Positions 44,098 to 47,457 of a DNA stretch of 47,457 nt are shown here, one piece after another. The notes under the pieces were generated by a model. It was not told the DNA's origin. It saw nothing but the letters and a program-made list of their open reading frames with translations, and ran no database searches. The position numbers and the translations under genes were made by a program. The DNA is from Candidatus Asbonarchaeum danakilense. GTDB lineage: Archaea; Nanohalarchaeota; Nanosalinia; Nanosalinales; Nanoanaerosalinaceae. The DNA is taken from NCBI GenBank assembly GCA_034190465.1, contig JAXINV010000060.1, forward strand, positions 1 through 47,457. Direction: 5' to 3'. How positions within the stretch are numbered: the stretch's first letter is position 1; every line of letters begins with the position of its first letter.

Positions 44098-44930
44098 TGG
44101 ACTGGGCTGAACGACTGTTCACCGACCGGTTGGAGGAGGCGAAGAAGGGCGACTTCGGCACGGTCGGGTTTGTCGGCGGTGCGGAGGAGTACCCGAACAC
44201 GCCGGCGATCTGTGCCCTGGCGTCGCTGCGTACTGGTGCGGACCTCAACGTGATCTTTGCGCCGGAGCGGGCGGCGGACTCCTGTGCCGGCTTCGCTCCG
44301 GACCTGATGACGACGCCGCTGGACGGTGAACGGTTGAAACTGGACAATGTCGATGCTATCCTGGACGAGGTTGACCGTCTCTCCGCCTTGGTCGTGGGCA
44401 ACGGCCTGGGTGACGACGAGGCGACGATCGAGGCGGTGGAAAGGCTGGTCGCGGAGACGGAGGTGCCGCTGGTCCTGGACGGGGATGCGCTGAAGGCGGA
44501 TGTCCGCGGGATGGACCTGGAGGGGAGGAAGGCGGTTATCACCCCGCACCGCGGCGAGTTCGAGCGCCTGTACGGCGAGCCGGCGGAGGAACTGGCTGCG
44601 GTGAAGGAGCAAGTGGAGAAGGCAGCCCGGGTGCTCGGCTGTACGGTGGTGCTGAAGCGGCCGGTGGATGTTGTGTCGGACGGCAGCGATGTCTACGGCG
44701 TGTTCGCGGGCAACCCGTACATGACGAAGGGCGGGACGGGCGATGCGCTGGCAGGGATCTGTGGCGCGCTGCTCGGAAGGACGGAGCCGATCACGGCGGG
44801 TTACCTGGCGGCGAAGATCAACGGGAAAGCGGGTGACCGGGTCGCTGCTGAGTCGAAGCAGTCGTTCACGATCGAGGAGATGCTGGAGGAGATAGGGCCG
44901 GCGATCGAGGAGCTCAGGCAGGAGGACTGA
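44097..44930 (+). CDS. nnrD: NAD(P)H-hydrate dehydratase
   Basis: KGDFG, GNGLG, LDGDAL, TPHRGEF, MTKGGTGDALAG. Confidence 0.92.
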   Translation: MDWAERLFTDRLEEAKKGDFGTVGFVGGAEEYPNTPAICALASLRTGADLNVIFAPERAADSCAGFAPDLMTTPLDGERLKLDNVDAILDEVDRLSALVVGNGLGDDEATIEAVERLVAETEVPLVLDGDALKADVRGMDLEGRKAVITPHRGEFERLYGEPAEELAAVKEQVEKAARVLGCTVVLKRPVDVVSDGSDVYGVFAGNPYMTKGGTGDALAGICGALLGRTEPITAGYLAAKINGKAGDRVAAESKQSFTIEEMLEEIGPAIEELRQED

Positions 44931-45402
44931 ACCGCTGCATCCGTTCGACGAAGTTGAACTGTTCCAGTAGGTCGATGGTGTCGCCGGGGACGAGTTCTCT
45001 CCACCCGCTATCACCGTCTGCGGCCAGTGTTCTAACGTTGGTTCCGCTGTATGTTTCTTCACGGAAGGTGGATGGCTCCTCAACGGTGTAGCCCTCGTTA
45101 CGGAAGCAGTGCTGTGTGTGTTCGCTGCCGGTGACGATGACGTTGAAGCTGACGGTGTCGGCGACGTTCGCCACCCAGTCGCTGTCGTCGTCTTGGTCGG
45201 GTAAGGGGAAGGTGCGGAACCCGGGCAGGCAGGCGTTGAACAGCTGGCGGCGTTCGGAGAAGGAGAGCGGGTTGTCGAAAGTGTTCATCTTCTCGGAGCT
45301 GCCGATGCCGATGACGGGCCGGTATTTCTTCTTCAGCTGTCTGATGGCCCTGTACTGACCCTTGTGGAGGGGCTGAAACCGGCCGATGAAGAGCGCTATC
45401 AT
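44914..45402 (-). CDS. Nicotinamide-nucleotide adenylyltransferase (NadM-like)
   Basis: FIGRFQPLHKGQ, GIGSS, NPLSFSER, SGTNVR, WRELVP. Confidence 0.85.
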   Translation of the reverse strand: MIALFIGRFQPLHKGQYRAIRQLKKKYRPVIGIGSSEKMNTFDNPLSFSERRQLFNACLPGFRTFPLPDQDDDSDWVANVADTVSFNVIVTGSEHTQHCFRNEGYTVEEPSTFREETYSGTNVRTLAADGDSGWRELVPGDTIDLLEQFNFVERMQRFSPPA

Positions 45403-45403
45403 G

Positions 45404-46063
45404 TTAGAACGGTTCGACGAGGTCGCGGAGTGCCTGTTCGACGTCGTCTGCCTTGATGACTCCTGATGCGACCAAGATGCCTTCTGATCCGAGTTCGAGC
45501 GCTTTTTCTACGTCCTCGGCGGTCTTGACGCCGGCGCCGGTGAGGACGGGCGCTGCCCTGCCGACGGTGTCGACGACGCCTTCGAGGATCTCGGGTTTTG
45601 CCTGGGAGACGGAGACATCGCCGCCGATGAGTTCGGGCGGTTCGTAGGCGATGAAGTCGGGTTTGAAATCTTTGACGCTCTCGGCGAGTGTCTCCTCGTC
45701 GACGCAGACGACGCTGGTTATGTCCTGTTTCCTGCACCGTTTGACGACGGCCTCGATCGTGTCCAGGGAGACCTGGTCCTCGGAGTGGTTGATCAGCGTA
45801 CCGTCGGCGCCGTTGTGGGCGAGTGTTTCGATGATGTCGCTGCCGGTGTTGCTACCGTAACCCTCTGGGTCGGTGTGCTGTGCGATGACAGGTATCTCGA
45901 CCTTCTCTGCTATCCTTCCGATGTCAGCGTTCTGCGGGGCTATGGCGATGTTTGTATCGGTACTCTTGGCAACTCTCTCGCATTTGTAGGCGATATCAAG
46001 CGCGTGCTCGCCGGATGCAGCCTTGTAGGTCTTGAAGTTGACGATGAGGAGTGGTGTCTTCAT
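45404..46063 (-). CDS. tpiA: Triosephosphate isomerase (archaeal type)
   Basis: VNFKTY, AQH, LINHSE, AYEPPELIG, GAGV, LVASGV. Confidence 0.96.
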   Translation of the reverse strand: MKTPLLIVNFKTYKAASGEHALDIAYKCERVAKSTDTNIAIAPQNADIGRIAEKVEIPVIAQHTDPEGYGSNTGSDIIETLAHNGADGTLINHSEDQVSLDTIEAVVKRCRKQDITSVVCVDEETLAESVKDFKPDFIAYEPPELIGGDVSVSQAKPEILEGVVDTVGRAAPVLTGAGVKTAEDVEKALELGSEGILVASGVIKADDVEQALRDLVEPF

Positions 46064-46155
46064 CGCGTCCGAGTATTCCTCGTCCAGCCTTTAAAGTCCT
46101 TCGCGCGGCATCCACGCCAACTGTTTTATAGCTCGTGCTGGCAAAAGGGTACCGT

Positions 46156-46671
46156 ATGGTCACTGACCTCCAGGTGCTGTTCGCGGTCGAGCTGTTGATC
46201 CTGTTCTTGATCGTGTACGATGCGACGACGGAGCGGGACTGGCTCCCGGACCGGCAGCTGTTCCTGATCCTGCTGCTGACGGTGCTTGTCCCGGTGCTGG
46301 GCGCGGTGATCTACCTGGCGACGGTGTACCGCCACGAGCAGCGGCTGGTGGAGTGCCCGGAGTGCGGTGCCCGTGTGGACGAGGCCGCGACGACCTGTCC
46401 GGAGTGCGGGTTCGACCGGGAGGAGACGCACGAGGAGCCGGAGGAGTACGAGTGCGATGTCTGCGGTGAGACGTTCGACACCCGCCGCGGACTGCTCTCC
46501 CACCGCAAAAGGCACAGCAGTGAGGAACGCGCGTCGGCCTCGTCAGGGACGTCCGAGGCATCGGCGGAGACGACGAGCGTGAAGACGGAGACGTACGAGT
46601 GTGATGTCTGCGGCGACGAGTTCGATTCGGAGCGCGGCCTCCACATCCACCAGAGCGTGAAGCACGACTGA
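46156..46671 (+). CDS. Membrane protein with a zinc ribbon and two C2H2 zinc fingers
   Basis: Two N-terminal TM segments; CPECG...CPECG; YECDVCGETFDTRRGLLSHRKRH and YECDVCGDEFDSERGLHIHQSVKH. Confidence 0.85.
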   Translation: MVTDLQVLFAVELLILFLIVYDATTERDWLPDRQLFLILLLTVLVPVLGAVIYLATVYRHEQRLVECPECGARVDEAATTCPECGFDREETHEEPEEYECDVCGETFDTRRGLLSHRKRHSSEERASASSGTSEASAETTSVKTETYECDVCGDEFDSERGLHIHQSVKHD

Positions 46672-46732
46672 GGTCCTTGCCGTTCTCAACCACCGCGAGA
46701 TTTTTAACCCAGCGTCGCCCTTTTCTTGTGCG

Positions 46733-47457
46733 ATGGCTGAGCGCACGTTGAAGTTCGGTGACATCACCCGGGAGCCGGACATCAGGATGCTGTACGATAT
46801 GAAGGAAGTCGTCTGGGATCGTTCCTGGCTCCGTGACGCTGACAACATGCCGCTGTACTACATGTACCGCGATCTGATGCTGGAGAAGCATCGGCAGGCG
46901 ATTAAGGGGGCGAAGGCGCGGTACGACATCACGGTGATGCCACCGAACACGCTGGGCAAGGAGTACGTGAAGACGAAGGGCCACTACCATCCGGAGGCCG
47001 CACCAGGCGTTTCGTACCCGGAGATCTATGAGGTCATCCAGGGGGAGGCCCACTACCTGCTGCAGCGCAAGGAGGAGAACGAGGTCACGGATGTGATCGT
47101 TGTGGAGGCGGAGGCGGGTGACAAGGTGATCATCCCGCCGAACTACGGCCACATCACGATCAACCCGAGCGACACGGAGCTCAGGATGGCGAACTGGGTG
47201 TCGCGGAAGTTCGAATCGATCTACGAGGACATCACGGAGAAGCGCGGCGGTGTCTATTACGAGACGACGGACGGCGAGTTCGTGGAGAACGACCACTACG
47301 ACCAGGTGCCGGAACTCAGGCGCCGGAAACCGGTCCAGGTCCCCGACCTCGGCATCACCAACGACAAGCCGATGTACAAGATGATCCAGGACCCGGACAA
47401 CCTCGCGTTCCTCAACAAGCCCCAGAACTTCGGCTGGGTCTTCGAACAGGTCGTGGG
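46733..47457 (+). CDS. pgi: Cupin-type glucose-6-phosphate isomerase (3' end truncated by the window; absent from the ORF track)
   Basis: Translated by hand from ATG 46733: LYYMYRD...RYDITVMPP..LGKEYVKTKGHYHP...YPEIYEV..GEAHYLLQ...IPPNYGHITINP. Confidence 0.9.
   Translation, partial: MAERTLKFGDITREPDIRMLYDMKEVVWDRSWLRDADNMPLYYMYRDLMLEKHRQAIKGAKARYDITVMPPNTLGKEYVKTKGHYHPEAAPGVSYPEIYEVIQGEAHYLLQRKEENEVTDVIVVEAEAGDKVIIPPNYGHITINPSDTELRMANWVSRKFESIYEDITEKRGGVYYETTDGEFVENDHYDQVPELRRRKPVQVPDLGITNDKPMYKMIQDPDNLAFLNKPQNFGWVFEQVV

Overview
A gene-dense, high-GC archaeal chromosome segment with a strongly acidic (salt-in) proteome and mostly leaderless genes (TATA-like boxes ~22-27 nt before ATG). It is most consistent with a halophilic DPANN (Nanohaloarchaeota-like) organism; this is inferred from gene content and composition. 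Core content: seven aaRS genes (serS, alaS, leuS, pheS, pheT, trpS, glyS), the ftsZ...secE-spt5-rpl11-rpl1-rpl10-rpl12 block, minD, endA, tpiA, a cupin pgi (cut by the window end), a phosphohexomutase, amino-acid catabolic enzymes including an arginine synthetase ArcE-like protein, and three class III signal-peptide (pilin-like) genes. No rRNA, tRNA, CRISPR array or transposase was recognised. Most notable observations: (1) a Ser-codon uORF with alternative hairpins ahead of serS, a candidate archaeal translational attenuator; (2) a 60-bp REP-like double hairpin with a 6-bp direct repeat inserted in frame in leuS; (3) an operon of a specificity-altered TrpD-like phosphoribosyltransferase, HAD phosphatase, nucleoside hydrolase and duplicated AstE/AspA deacylase coupled to trpS; (4) a three-way-junction RNA leader on the secE/r-protein operon; (5) a triplicated palindromic TATA promoter for the pilin-like operon; (6) a stand-alone PriS-like AEP coupled to rtcA; (7) an ATP-cone/Mrr-like nuclease fusion; (8) a MATCAP/DUF1704-like peptidase next to rpl12.
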